A DNA stretch of 64,000 bases from Bacteroidales bacterium (GCA_045545875.1 JAZQBS010000123.1:3112-67111), one strand, 5' to 3'; shown: positions 49,764 through 60,517, numbered from the stretch's first letter. Translations and numbers: made by a program. The notes: a model not told the origin generated them from the letters alone.

Positions 49764-52166
49764 TTACTTCTTAAACGCTCCCGACTTCACATAGATGCGA
49801 TAGTCGCAGATGCTACCAGGTGCACCGGCCTCGGCACGAGGCAGATACTGGAATCCGCCAAAGGTGTAGTCCTTGCCCAAGTCGATGATAAGCTGGTGTG
49901 GGAAGGCCGACTTGCGGTTGGTGCTCCAATAGGTGCTCTCCTGCAGGTCGAAGATCTTGTCGGCAGTCTGGTTGCCGTCGGTGATGTTCTCGTCGTCGGC
50001 ATAGTCGGCCTGCCAAGGCTCACGACTCAGGCGCTTGCCCTGTTCGTCGAGCATATACCACTCTGCAATGCAAGCGATGCCCTTGGCGACTTTGCCTTCG
50101 GCTGCTTTTGCATCGTGTACATTGAGGGCTTCGATGCAGACATATCGACCCGAGACGGGCTGATCGAAACGAACTTCCTGCCAACCATTGCCGGCAGCGA
50201 AACTACCTTCCTTGACAGGCTTCTCGCCACTGAGGTCGAGGTTCTCGCCCTGCTTGCGATGCGTCTGAGGACCCTTAAGGTTGAGACGGTCGATGATGGG
50301 TTCCTTGAGGCCTTCGGCCACAGGATCATCGGGACCGACGATATCGACTACGATGATTTCGTTCTCGCCCTTCTTGAGCCAGCAACCTGGCATATAGAGT
50401 GTCTGCTGAGGACCAATCTGCCAGAAACGACCCATCGGATGTCCATTGACATAAAGCTGGCCCTTGCCCCAGGTCTCCAGGTTGATGAACGTGTCACCTA
50501 CCTTCTTCAATTTAAAGGTAGCGCGATAGGCAGCAGCTGGATACTGCTCGGCCTTAGCGAGAGGCTGCCAGTTCATGGCTTTCACCGTCTCGTAGTCATC
50601 CTTGATATTATATACCGTCCAGAGTTTTGGCTCAATAGTGACGGTAGCCGACTGCTCGGCTCCTATCTGATAGATGAACTCCACCTTTTCGGTGATACCC
50701 TTGAAGTCCTTGATGGCACGACCGAAGTTGATACGTCCCATGGCCTCCACGAAGATGTCAAGACGGTCGCCCTTGCGGACAGCGGGCATCTTCATCTCCT
50801 TCTCATGCTCACGGCGATCGAGGGCACCGACCTTCACACCGTTGACAAAAATCTGTGCATAGTCATGAGGCTCGGTCACGCGAAGCACGCTGGCAGGAAT
50901 ATCCTGGTCGAAGGTGTAGCGATAGATGATGCTACCCCAACCCTGGTCGAACTCCTCCATCGTCTTCAGTCCGCTAGTGATCTTGGGAGCCGGAAGGTTG
51001 TCGAAGATGGGAGCCACCTCGGTGAACTGCATCTTGGGAATAGCGATGGTTGGGATGGCAGCAGGAACCTTGGCCTGCTTCTGTCCATTCATATACTTGG
51101 CCATCATCGTGCGCAGCTCAAAATATTTGGGTGTTGCCTGACCTGCCTCGTTGATGGGAGCATCGTAGTCGTAGCTGGTCACGTCGGGTGCGAAGCCAGG
51201 GCTGTTGGCACCAGCCCAGTGTCCCCAGTTGGTGCCACCATGGGTCATATAGAGCGAGAAGGAGATGCCCTTCGAAAGCATTTCGTCAAGACCTTCGACC
51301 ATATCCTTGGCTCCACGCGTCTCATGCTTGCCACCCCACTTGTCGAACCATCCGCTCCAGAACTCCGAACACATCTTGGGCGCATCGGGACGCAGTTCGC
51401 CAAGACGACGGAACTCATTGTCGATGTTGGCACCCGTGCCGAAATTCATCGTCCAAATGAGATCATCGAGCCCATTGTTGGTGAAGTTGCTCGACCAGTC
51501 GCATTGGAACAACTGAACTTTGTCGAAGCCGACTTCGCGCAAGGCGTCACGCACAGCACTCACGTAAGGCTTGTCAACGCCATACGAACCATATTCGTTC
51601 TCAACCTGCACCATAATGATGGGACCTCCCTTGTCGATAGTGAGATCGGCCACCTGTTCGGCCACCTTCGACTCGAAGATCTTCAGGCGCTCCATGAAAT
51701 AGGGGTCGAGCTCACGCAGACGGATGTCCTTCTTCTTGAGTAGCCACCAGGGCAGACCGCCCATTTCCCATTCGGCACAAACATAAGGACCGGGGCGCAG
51801 GATGATGTACATGCCGTTCTTCTGAGCCAGCTGGATGAAGGCGCGCAGGTCGTTGTTCTCGGTGAAGTCGAACACGCCTTCCTGTTGCTCATGGATGTTC
51901 CAGAACACGTAGAGGCACAGCGTGTTCATGCCGAGTGCCTTGCACATCTGGATACGATGTTCCCAATAGGGACGGGGGATGCGAGGATAATGAACCTCGG
52001 CTGCCTTTACGACGAAAGGCTCACCATTGAGCAGGAAAGTTCCCTTACCGGCCTCGAAGGTACCAGGTGTAGTCTGCACTTTCTTCGGGGCAGATGCAGC
52101 TTCGGCCGACATCGCAGATCCAAGCAGACCTGCAACAAGCAGCAATGATATGATAACGTTTTTCAT
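49764..52166 (-). CDS. GH35 beta-galactosidase with C-terminal CBM32-like (F5/8) domain
   Basis: AEVHYPRIPRPYW, YVFWNIHE, RPGPYVCAEWEMGGLP, QVENEYGSY, CSEFWSGWFD, TSYDYDAPI; start moved to MKNVII. Confidence 0.95.
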   Translation of the reverse strand: MKNVIISLLLVAGLLGSAMSAEAASAPKKVQTTPGTFEAGKGTFLLNGEPFVVKAAEVHYPRIPRPYWEHRIQMCKALGMNTLCLYVFWNIHEQQEGVFDFTENNDLRAFIQLAQKNGMYIILRPGPYVCAEWEMGGLPWWLLKKKDIRLRELDPYFMERLKIFESKVAEQVADLTIDKGGPIIMVQVENEYGSYGVDKPYVSAVRDALREVGFDKVQLFQCDWSSNFTNNGLDDLIWTMNFGTGANIDNEFRRLGELRPDAPKMCSEFWSGWFDKWGGKHETRGAKDMVEGLDEMLSKGISFSLYMTHGGTNWGHWAGANSPGFAPDVTSYDYDAPINEAGQATPKYFELRTMMAKYMNGQKQAKVPAAIPTIAIPKMQFTEVAPIFDNLPAPKITSGLKTMEEFDQGWGSIIYRYTFDQDIPASVLRVTEPHDYAQIFVNGVKVGALDRREHEKEMKMPAVRKGDRLDIFVEAMGRINFGRAIKDFKGITEKVEFIYQIGAEQSATVTIEPKLWTVYNIKDDYETVKAMNWQPLAKAEQYPAAAYRATFKLKKVGDTFINLETWGKGQLYVNGHPMGRFWQIGPQQTLYMPGCWLKKGENEIIVVDIVGPDDPVAEGLKEPIIDRLNLKGPQTHRKQGENLDLSGEKPVKEGSFAAGNGWQEVRFDQPVSGRYVCIEALNVHDAKAAEGKVAKGIACIAEWYMLDEQGKRLSREPWQADYADDENITDGNQTADKIFDLQESTYWSTNRKSAFPHQLIIDLGKDYTFGGFQYLPRAEAGAPGSICDYRIYVKSGAFKK

Positions 52167-52199
52167 TCTAAATAGGTTATTGGTTCTTGTTTTATGGTG

Positions 52200-52231
52200 C
52201 AAAAATACTATTATTTGTTGATATTTCCAAA
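52200..52231 (-). promoter_or_regulatory. GH35 promoter
   Basis: TTTG-N20-TATTTTTG. Confidence 0.7.
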
Positions 52232-52432
52232 TTATCGGTGATTATTTAAACTTTTTTATTTGCAATACTAAGAAAAAACGCAATCTTTGTGAGTTATGAA
52301 TAATCCAATTACAACTAAATTTCTTGGCCATCGGTAAGATTTCATACCGATTTCTTGCTTTTGTCAAAAAATATCACTTACTTTGCAGCACGGTTGATTC
52401 AAATAATTGTTGTACACTAAAGACCAAAGCGA

Positions 52433-52987
52433 ATGATTGATATACGTCCAGCAACATTGGAAGACTGCCTGTTTGTAGCACGCTGCATCGGCATGGCTCT
52501 TCACATTGAGCTGCCAGAAGAGCAGCTCCCAGGAGTTGCTTCGATTTGCGCGCGCGAAGACGTGCTATATAGTTACCGACATGCCCTCATCGCCTGGGAA
52601 GACAACAAGCCACTGGGGCTTTGTCTGGCCTACGATGGGAATAACTATCATGAAATTCGATTGCGAACATTCGCCCTCTTTGCTGCACTCGATGACGAAC
52701 CAGATGATGACATGGATCTCGAACATGCCGAAGACGAGACGCAGGCCGGCGAATATTACATCGATTCGTTGGCCGTCCTGCCCGAATATCGCCGGCGTGG
52801 CATCGCTCGACAACTGATGCAGGCACAAATAGAACGGGGCCGACAGCTGGGCTTCACGCATTTCACCCTGCTCGTCGATCCCGTCAATCCGAATGCTCAA
52901 GGATTATACTCCCAACTCGGCTTCCAATATGAATCAGATTGCTATGCGTTTGGGCAGAAGTTTTGGAAGTGGGGAATGAATTTGTGA
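52433..52987 (+). CDS. GNAT family acetyltransferase
   Basis: YYIDSLAVLPEYRRRGIARQL, NPNAQGLYSQLGF. Confidence 0.92.
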   Translation: MIDIRPATLEDCLFVARCIGMALHIELPEEQLPGVASICAREDVLYSYRHALIAWEDNKPLGLCLAYDGNNYHEIRLRTFALFAALDDEPDDDMDLEHAEDETQAGEYYIDSLAVLPEYRRRGIARQLMQAQIERGRQLGFTHFTLLVDPVNPNAQGLYSQLGFQYESDCYAFGQKFWKWGMNL

Positions 52988-52997
52988 TTTCCTTCCT

Positions 52998-54599
52998 CTA
53001 TTTCGTAATAAAAATAACACGACCGTCTTGACATTTGAAAGTGCGGCTTAAATCACTGGTGATTCTTCGACCATGCAGGTCGTAAGCATAGAGGATTGAA
53101 CTATGAGGATTGGCATCGGGAAGAATTTTCTCGATGCCTTCTTCTGCAATGGGTAAGAAGCGGCGCTCGTATTCGGTGGAGGCGAGGATGAATGCTCCGA
53201 AGACCTTGCCTTCGGTCTGAGGATTGTCGATGCTCGTCACGCTTACATCGCTGCCCAGAAGATAATAGGCAGCTGAGCCGTCGCGTCGAGCCGAACCTCC
53301 CAACCCTGCCGAACGACAACAACTGATGAGGTGAACGTCTTCCGAATCCTTCGTGTTTTTTACCAGAAACTGTTCAATGATTCCTTGATATGCCTTCTTT
53401 GCCACTTCGGTATAATCCTCATCGAAAAATCCGAGGCGCATGCCCTTGAGATAAGCGGCAGTAAAAATGCATGTAGCAGAGGACTCCAAGTAATTATAGG
53501 TCTTCGGATAGGGCCAACCTTGATAACTATCGGCATAGAACGAGCCATCGTACGCCAAAAGCTGATACCAGCAACCTGTCGCAGGGTCTTGCCGTGCTGC
53601 CAAGCCAGCAGCCAGTGCATTGAGCTGAGTTCGCAGATTGCCTCGAAGCTCATCATTAGCCTCATCACTATTCGTAGCAGCCGACAGCTCCCATTGCTCC
53701 AGCACATCGATAAGAGCCAGGAAATACCATCCGCAAGCACGACCCCAATATTCGGCCGAATGATAAATGCCATCGGCTGCCGACAAGCCCTGCCAGTCGC
53801 GAGAATAACTGTCGCCGGGCGAGGCTGTCATGGCGTGATAAAGCAGTTTGTCCTCGTCATTCCAAAGATAATGCCAGCAGATTTCAAATTGTCGGGCAAT
53901 CAATTCGTCGTTGGAAACACCGTCGATAGAGTAGCCGTAATTGTTCAACTGAGCCAAAAGTGCCGGTCCCATATATTGCCCATCGAGCCACATTTGATTG
54001 ACATAACTTTTCTTGTGGAACCATCCGCCGGCTGCCCCTTCGAGTGTCGATGCGGCTATCGAATAGCGATTGTTGTGGTCGGCAAGACCTTTGACGGCCG
54101 TCTCCATGGCAAATAAGGCATTTGATGCCGTCGTTTCATTTTCGAATGCCTTGCCTTCGGATGTCAGATTGTAGAGGCCGAAGTACATCTTCGTGGCGTT
54201 CAGGTCATCAAGACTACCACCTGACGAGGGAACGCTTCCTACAAAAGTATTCCCATACCACTCCACACTATAGAACCAAGGACGAGCCCAAGGCTGCGAC
54301 TGATAATAATCCACAGCCTCGATGAGAGCCTTGGCTACGAGCCCCGGCACATAATCGAACTTCACCTTCGACCCTCCCTTTGGTGCGCTGACCACAGCAC
54401 CATCCTCGGTGTAAGTCTGGAAGCCCATCTGATTCTTATTGGCATAGAAATCGTTGAGCCGAGCATCGATGACGAGGCGGGAATAACGCTGCGTGCTGTC
54501 GAACGAGACATGCTCGTAAGAAGCAGCATCGGCACCTGCGCAACACGATGCGCAGATGCCGATAAATAGTATGGACTGAAATGAAAGCCTTTGGCCCAT
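52998..54599 (-). CDS. GH105-like unsaturated (rhamno)galacturonyl hydrolase with T9SS-like tail
   Basis: SLDDLN, GGWFHK..YVNQMWLDGQYM, WGRACGW, NYLESSAT, RDGSAAYY; tail YDLHGRR. Confidence 0.85.
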   Translation of the reverse strand: MGQRLSFQSILFIGICASCCAGADAASYEHVSFDSTQRYSRLVIDARLNDFYANKNQMGFQTYTEDGAVVSAPKGGSKVKFDYVPGLVAKALIEAVDYYQSQPWARPWFYSVEWYGNTFVGSVPSSGGSLDDLNATKMYFGLYNLTSEGKAFENETTASNALFAMETAVKGLADHNNRYSIAASTLEGAAGGWFHKKSYVNQMWLDGQYMGPALLAQLNNYGYSIDGVSNDELIARQFEICWHYLWNDEDKLLYHAMTASPGDSYSRDWQGLSAADGIYHSAEYWGRACGWYFLALIDVLEQWELSAATNSDEANDELRGNLRTQLNALAAGLAARQDPATGCWYQLLAYDGSFYADSYQGWPYPKTYNYLESSATCIFTAAYLKGMRLGFFDEDYTEVAKKAYQGIIEQFLVKNTKDSEDVHLISCCRSAGLGGSARRDGSAAYYLLGSDVSVTSIDNPQTEGKVFGAFILASTEYERRFLPIAEEGIEKILPDANPHSSILYAYDLHGRRITSDLSRTFKCQDGRVIFITK

Positions 54600-54626
54600 T
54601 ACCTTTCGAACCTTTCAGAACCCTTC

Positions 54627-56153
54627 TTAACCTTCAATCAGGCACTTGCCCGTCATCTCCTTAGGCTGTGGGATACCCATGATCTTGAGGATGGTGGGAG
54701 CCACGTCGCAGAGCTGGCCGTCAGCGATCTTCACGCCCTTGTTCTTGCTGATATATACGCAAGGAACGGGGTTGAGCGAGTGGGCTGTGTTGGGAGTTCC
54801 GTCGGGATTGATGGCGTAGTCGCAGTTGCCGTGGTCGGCGATGATGAGCACCTCGTAGTCGCAAGCCTTGGCAGCCTCTACCACGTCATGGCAACAGAGA
54901 TTGATGGTCTCGACAGCCTTCTGGATGGCTGGATAAACTCCCGTATGACCTACCATATCGCCATTGGCGAAGTTGCAGGCAATGAAGTCGTACTGCTGCG
55001 TCTTGATGGCATCGACGAGCTTGTCCTTCACGATGAGGGCAGACATCTCAGGCTGGAGGTCATAGGTTGCAACCTTTGGAGAAGGCACGAGGCAACGATC
55101 CTCACCGGCATACTCTGCCTCACGACCACCGTTGAAGAAGAAGGTCACGTGGGCATACTTCTCGGTCTCGGCGATACGGAGCTGCTTGAGACCTGCGTTG
55201 CTGACGATTTCGCCCAACGTCATCTCGACGTTCTCTTTTGGGAAGAGGATGTGCAGACCCTTGAACTTGGCATCGTATGGAGTCATGCAGCAATAGTAGA
55301 GCGGGATGGTCTTCATACCCTGCTCTGGCATATCCTCCTGTGTGAGCACCGAAGTAATCTCCTTGGCGCGGTCGTTGCGATAGTTGAAGAAGATGACGGT
55401 GTCGCCTGGCTGGATGGTGCCCACAGCCTTGCCGTCGCGTGCCAATACGCATGGCTCAACGAACTCATCGGTCACACCATTATCATACGAAGCCTGCATG
55501 CCCTCGACAGGATCGGCATACTGACTGCCCACACCAGCGGTAAGCTGGTCGTAAGCACGCTTGATGCGGTCCCAGCGCTTGTCGCGGTCCATGGCATAGA
55601 AACGTCCGGTGATGGAAGCGATTTCGCCACAACCTACCTTGTCGCAGTGATCCTTGACGGTCTGGATGAAGCCAATGCCAGAGTGTGGGTCGGTGTCACG
55701 ACCATCCATGAAGCAGTGGAGGAAAGTCCTGCCTTCGAGACCGTATGCCTTGGCAAGGTCAACAAGTTTCAGAAGGTGAGCGAGGCTCGAATGTACGCCA
55801 CCGGTCGAAGTAAGACCCATGAAGTGGATACTGCCACCCTTCTTGGCATTCTCGAAGGCGCCTACAACTTCAGGATTCTTGGCGATGGAGCCATCTTCGC
55901 AGGCCATGTTGATCTTCACAAGGTCCTGATATACGACACGACCGCCGCCGATGTTCATGTGACCCACTTCCGAGTTACCCATTTGTCCAGCAGGCAGGCC
56001 CACGTTGAGACCGTCGGTGCGGAGCTGTGAATGAGGATAATCGGCAAGAAGAGAATCCCAATATGGAGTCGGGGTGCTGGCGATGGCATCAGACTTCGAA
56101 CCGTCACCGATTCCCCAGCCATCGAGGATGAGCAAAAGTGCTTTTTTTGACAT
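54627..56153 (-). CDS. gpmI: 2,3-bisphosphoglycerate-independent phosphoglycerate mutase
   Basis: [51 protein letters not shown]; start at MSKKAL. Confidence 0.97.
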   Translation of the reverse strand: MSKKALLLILDGWGIGDGSKSDAIASTPTPYWDSLLADYPHSQLRTDGLNVGLPAGQMGNSEVGHMNIGGGRVVYQDLVKINMACEDGSIAKNPEVVGAFENAKKGGSIHFMGLTSTGGVHSSLAHLLKLVDLAKAYGLEGRTFLHCFMDGRDTDPHSGIGFIQTVKDHCDKVGCGEIASITGRFYAMDRDKRWDRIKRAYDQLTAGVGSQYADPVEGMQASYDNGVTDEFVEPCVLARDGKAVGTIQPGDTVIFFNYRNDRAKEITSVLTQEDMPEQGMKTIPLYYCCMTPYDAKFKGLHILFPKENVEMTLGEIVSNAGLKQLRIAETEKYAHVTFFFNGGREAEYAGEDRCLVPSPKVATYDLQPEMSALIVKDKLVDAIKTQQYDFIACNFANGDMVGHTGVYPAIQKAVETINLCCHDVVEAAKACDYEVLIIADHGNCDYAINPDGTPNTAHSLNPVPCVYISKNKGVKIADGQLCDVAPTILKIMGIPQPKEMTGKCLIEG

Positions 56154-56160
56154 AATATAC

Positions 56161-56192
56161 AAATAACAATTAATAATTAATAATTAACAATT
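56161..56192. repeat. 7-bp TTAATT(A/G) micro-repeat tract in the gpmI leader
   Basis: aaataacaattaataattaataattaacaatt. Confidence 0.8.
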
Positions 56193-56231
56193 AGGAGGTT
56201 TGACGAATTCCCCTATTGGGGAAATGTGCTG

Positions 56232-56263
56232 CAAATGTAGTTTATTTCAGCTAAAACACCAAA
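56232..56263 (-). promoter_or_regulatory. gpmI promoter
   Basis: TTTG-N20-TACATTTG. Confidence 0.7.
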
Positions 56264-56325
56264 TATCATTGGCATTTTTTTATAGCTATATATATAAATA
56301 ATGTACGGGTGCAAAGTGGGGTTGC

Positions 56326-56718
56326 TTATTTGCCTCCAAGCCAAGCTCCAAGCAGCACAGCCCCCAAGCCCAGCACCAAGGTCATAAGGAAGTATGCAGC
56401 GAAAAGACCGGGATGTCCTCCTCGCAGCAAGTCGATGCCCTCGCTCGAAAAAGTGGAGAAGGTTGTAAAGCCTCCACACAACCCCGTGGTGAGGAAAAGA
56501 CGCACCTCAGGACTCATTCCCGTCCGCTCCGAAATGCTATAAAAGAAGCCAATCAGCAAACAGCCCAACACATTGGCCACTATAGTGGGCCATGGGAAAA
56601 TGGTTTGTCCCAATGTGCTAATGGGATTGAGGCTAAGATGCGTCTGGATAAGCTTGACGCCATAACGAAGCACCGAACCGATACCTCCGCCAAGAAAAAC
56701 GAACAATAATTCACGCAT
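56326..56718 (-). CDS. crcB: Fluoride channel FluC/CrcB
   Basis: GGGIGSVLRY, PWPTIVAN, TTGLCGGFTTFSTFS.E. Confidence 0.95.
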   Translation of the reverse strand: MRELLFVFLGGGIGSVLRYGVKLIQTHLSLNPISTLGQTIFPWPTIVANVLGCLLIGFFYSISERTGMSPEVRLFLTTGLCGGFTTFSTFSSEGIDLLRGGHPGLFAAYFLMTLVLGLGAVLLGAWLGGK

Positions 56719-56721
56719 AGA

Positions 56722-59700
56722 TTAAATATTTTCTTCACGCGCCTTGCGCACATACTCCGTAGGAGTCATACCGAACTGCTGTTTGAAACAACGACTGAAA
56801 TAGAACGGGTCGCTGATGCCCACCTGGTAGGCGACAGCCTGTACTGTAAGCCGACCTTCGGCGAGCAACGCAGCTGCACGCTTCATACGACGGATGCGCA
56901 GATACTCCTTGGGCGAAAAGCCCGTCACCCCCTTCACCTTGCGGAAGAAGATGGTACGTCCCAACGCCATCTCTCCGGCAAAGTCATCGGCTCCGAAGTC
57001 TGCATCCGAAATATGCTTGTCGATCACCGCATCGAGTTTGTCAAGGAACTCGCGATCAAGTTCACTTGTCGTAATCATTGTCGGCTGCAAACTCTTGTCG
57101 GCGCTGAACTTCTCCTTCAATCGACTGCGCTGGTTCATCAGGTTGATGATGGTAGCAAGCAGAAGCTGCGTACTAAACGGCTTGGTGATATAGGCATCTA
57201 CACCAGCCTGCAAACCCTTGATCTTGCTTGTCGTGCTGTCGAGAGCTGTCAACGCCACGATCGGAATATGGCTTGTATTGAAATTCTGACGCAAGAGCTG
57301 TATCACCTCAATGCCCGAAATGTCGGGCATCATGATGTCAGTAATCACCAAGTCGTATCCGTCTTCTGCACTTTCAATCTTTGCCAATCCTTCCCGACCA
57401 TCCTTTGCCGTATCGACATTGAAATAGCGCATCAATTCGGTCTTCACAAATTCGCACAAGTCTTCATTATCCTCGATGAGCAGCACATGCTGGCTATTGA
57501 TAGGGGCAATCAATGTCGGCAACTCGACATTTGCCGGCTCCGGTTCGGCAAGCAAAGCGTCGGAAGCAAGATAATCCTCTTTCGAATAGTTTTCTTCTCC
57601 CAAGGGCAAAGTGACCGTGAAAACCGACCCTCCTATCGGATTAGGACTATACCTGATGGCGCCATGATGCACTTCGACAAGGGCGGCACACAGATTGAGG
57701 CCGATACCCATACTGCCACTAAGGTAATGACTGCGGTTGAAACGTTCGAAGAGATGGTTTCGCTGTTCTTCGGGAACACCCACACCATCGTCAACGACAC
57801 GTATCGTCAATTCATTGACTGGTGCCGGATGGGCTCGCACTTCCAACAATATATGACCACCTTCGGGAGTGTATTTGATGGCATTCGAAAGCAGGTTGTA
57901 GATCACCTTGTCGATGCATGAACGATCGAAATAACCCATAAGGGCATCGGGCTGTGTGGTAATCCTATAATCAAAATGCTTTTGCTCGGCCACGTCATGG
58001 AACGAATTGAAGAGTTCGCGCAGCAGACCCATGATGTCCATCTTCTCCAATCGCAGGCTCATTACGTTGTTCTCCATTCGACGGAATTCCAGCAGCTGGT
58101 TGATGAGGTGCATCAATCGGTCGGAATTGTGTTCCAACAACGTCATCGGCTGCTCCAAGGCGTCGGGTAACTGACGACTCTCGCGAATACGGTCCAATGC
58201 GCCACGTATCAGCGTAAGCGGCGTACGGAATTCGTGGCTCACATTGGTGAAAAACACCAGCTTGGCCTCATTCAGTTGCTCTTGCATACGGATATGCTGA
58301 CGCAAGCGCATACGATCACGTATCTGGCTGTAGGCAAACCAAGCTGCACCCGCCAGGAGCAAGGTCCAAAGACAGATGGCCCATCCGCGCAGATACCATG
58401 GCCATGCGATGTCGAACGAAACGTCTATCGGATCGCTCCAATGCCCAGTCTCGTTGACAGCTCGCACCAGAAGCGAATAATGCCCGGGGCCGAGATGTTT
58501 AAGATCAAGTCTTCCGACGGGAGATAACGGACTCCACTCATCGTTTCCCAAACGATAGCTGTAACGTATCACCATAGGGCGAATATTATAGTCAAACGTA
58601 GTGAAATTGACGCTCATATTGCGACCATCAACCTCCTGCCCGACCACGTGCACCACAGGCTTCTTGCCTTGCCGATTGTTGATGCTCTCTGTGTCGATGA
58701 TTACGGCTCCTCTGTTGCTGCCAAAGACAATCTGTCCATTTGGCAACACACTGCTGCTACCCTCGCTGAAAACATTACCGCTCATAACCGGCGATGGGGA
58801 GAAACTCTCCTCCAATCGATTATCCACAGGGTCAAAACGAGAGAGCCCCAGTTCTGTCGAAATCCAGATCTTGCCGAAACGGTCTTCGCCGAAACACTGC
58901 ACCATGTCGTTGCACAGTCCCTCTCCACTGCCAAAGTGTTCGAATCGAAGCGACCTATATCCTTCTTTCGATTCGGGCACCTGCGTGATGGCAAAGCCAC
59001 TGCCTAATTCCGAGATGAAGACCTGACCATGCCTTGTGACAAACAGGCTTCGCACCTCGTTGCTTTTCAATTGTCCATCTTCGGCCGTCAGTCTGATAAT
59101 GACGTCCTCCCCTTCGTCCAGATGTTCAGGGTCGAAAACCATCACACCATGACTGGTTCCAGCCCAAATCATCCCGTTGGCGTCCTGAGCCAACGAACGC
59201 ACACGGCGTTCTCCATAACTTCCCTGAAAGAATCGGTCGAACTCAACCTTTTCGGCTCTCCAATCTCGGGCTCGACAAAGGCCGCCACCCAAAGTTCCCA
59301 CCCAAAGGGTTTCTTTCCGGTCGAAGAAGACTGAATAGATGTCATTATCCGACAAAGAAGAATCATCGTCGGTATTATGGTGCAAATATCTGCCTTCATG
59401 CCAGATGCCCGACCCTCGCGTGCCCAGCCAGAAGCCACCCTCAGGGTCCTGCGTGATGCAATAGACATTGTCATCCATATGAAGGGTGCGCCGCTTGATG
59501 AATGCGGAGTCATACCAAGCCACACCATGCTGCTTGTCGGCTATCGCCAAAAGGTCGGCTTGCTCATCATAATATACAGCACGTACCGCTTCGGCATCCT
59601 TCCCTAACAATTGTTTGTTGCCCGAAGGATAGACGAATCGGAAGCCCTTCTCTTCGGAGACTTGCAGTTGAGTGATTCCCATCAACTCATATCCCAACCA

Positions 59701-60429
59701 CAGAGAGCCGGTACGGTCCTCCATGATTGAAATGATGTTATTGCCTGCAAGAAGGGATGTGGGATTCTGCTCTTCACATACGAAGTGCTCCAAATGGCTA
59801 GTCTCGGGGTCAAGGATGAAGAGGCCGTTGCCTGTCGTGGCTATTGCTATCAGGCCCTTGCTGGTGTAGCATATTCGAAAAATGGAACTGCTTCCGTAAG
59901 ATATTCGCTCATCGATGACCTGAGGAAGTGTAAACTCCTTGTTCTCCTTCACCATGACGAACCGCAGGTCACCATCGTCTTCCAGTCGCCACAAGTTACC
60001 ATTGTCATCCCTGATGTCACTGGCCAGATAGTCGGCTCGAGTCTTTCTGCGAGTTTCGATGATGCTGTCGGCTACCGTCGCATTCTTGGGGGAAAAGATT
60101 GTATGGCCAGTCTGCTTGTCCAGACAATAGTAACCACCCTGAATGGTGGTGATAAGGATGTGATGCTCTTCGTCTTCCTTCACCTCCTTGATGCGCAAGT
60201 CTTCGATGCCTACTTCCTGACGGTAATTCCGGAAGGTGTAGCCATCATATCGGCTCAAGCCGTTGTTGGTGCTGAACCAAAGGTAACCCTCTTCGTCCTG
60301 GAAGATATGGCGCACAGTATTGGCAGCAAGGCCGTCGGCGGTAGTGAGGTGACGGCTTTGCAGCACATGTTCTGCCCTAAGGCCGGAGCAGAAGCAAAGT
60401 AGAATGGTGAAAAATGGAAATATTTTCAC
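56722..60429 (-). CDS. Hybrid two-component system (propeller sensor, Y_Y_Y, TM, HisKA/HATPase, REC, AraC)
   Basis: DGLAANTV..IFQDEEGYLWFST repeats, FFTNVSHEFRTPLTLI, NLLSNAIKY, DIMMP, YFSRCFKQQFGMTP; start uncertain (GTG at 60429 chosen). Confidence 0.93.
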   Translation of the reverse strand: MKIFPFFTILLCFCSGLRAEHVLQSRHLTTADGLAANTVRHIFQDEEGYLWFSTNNGLSRYDGYTFRNYRQEVGIEDLRIKEVKEDEEHHILITTIQGGYYCLDKQTGHTIFSPKNATVADSIIETRRKTRADYLASDIRDDNGNLWRLEDDGDLRFVMVKENKEFTLPQVIDERISYGSSSIFRICYTSKGLIAIATTGNGLFILDPETSHLEHFVCEEQNPTSLLAGNNIISIMEDRTGSLWLGYELMGITQLQVSEEKGFRFVYPSGNKQLLGKDAEAVRAVYYDEQADLLAIADKQHGVAWYDSAFIKRRTLHMDDNVYCITQDPEGGFWLGTRGSGIWHEGRYLHHNTDDDSSLSDNDIYSVFFDRKETLWVGTLGGGLCRARDWRAEKVEFDRFFQGSYGERRVRSLAQDANGMIWAGTSHGVMVFDPEHLDEGEDVIIRLTAEDGQLKSNEVRSLFVTRHGQVFISELGSGFAITQVPESKEGYRSLRFEHFGSGEGLCNDMVQCFGEDRFGKIWISTELGLSRFDPVDNRLEESFSPSPVMSGNVFSEGSSSVLPNGQIVFGSNRGAVIIDTESINNRQGKKPVVHVVGQEVDGRNMSVNFTTFDYNIRPMVIRYSYRLGNDEWSPLSPVGRLDLKHLGPGHYSLLVRAVNETGHWSDPIDVSFDIAWPWYLRGWAICLWTLLLAGAAWFAYSQIRDRMRLRQHIRMQEQLNEAKLVFFTNVSHEFRTPLTLIRGALDRIRESRQLPDALEQPMTLLEHNSDRLMHLINQLLEFRRMENNVMSLRLEKMDIMGLLRELFNSFHDVAEQKHFDYRITTQPDALMGYFDRSCIDKVIYNLLSNAIKYTPEGGHILLEVRAHPAPVNELTIRVVDDGVGVPEEQRNHLFERFNRSHYLSGSMGIGLNLCAALVEVHHGAIRYSPNPIGGSVFTVTLPLGEENYSKEDYLASDALLAEPEPANVELPTLIAPINSQHVLLIEDNEDLCEFVKTELMRYFNVDTAKDGREGLAKIESAEDGYDLVITDIMMPDISGIEVIQLLRQNFNTSHIPIVALTALDSTTSKIKGLQAGVDAYITKPFSTQLLLATIINLMNQRSRLKEKFSADKSLQPTMITTSELDREFLDKLDAVIDKHISDADFGADDFAGEMALGRTIFFRKVKGVTGFSPKEYLRIRRMKRAAALLAEGRLTVQAVAYQVGISDPFYFSRCFKQQFGMTPTEYVRKAREENI

Positions 60430-60435
60430 AAAAAA

Positions 60436-60467
60436 TTTGGAGGTATGGAATAATATGCGTATCTTTG
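60436..60467 (+). promoter_or_regulatory. Promoter of the small gene at 60518
   Basis: TTTG-N20-TATCTTTG. Confidence 0.75.
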
Positions 60468-60517
60468 CAGTACCAACAGAGAATAGCACGAAAACAAACT
60501 ATCAAAAAACTGTAGAT

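Noticed and set aside
49896..51743. Long antisense ORFs (also 6182..7522, 24419..25891, 54591..56030, 61417..62568)
   Set aside because: They mirror well-supported genes on the other strand; biased codon usage suppresses antisense stops and no protein motifs are visible.
52330..52351. ATCGGTA/TACCGAT inverted repeat between the GH35 and GNAT promoters
   Set aside because: A single 7-bp arm pair; could be an operator but there is no second copy or adjacent regulator to support it.
56193..56230. Riboswitch in the gpmI leader
   Set aside because: Only a short TTCCCC-AATA-GGGGAA hairpin; no recognisable aptamer consensus.
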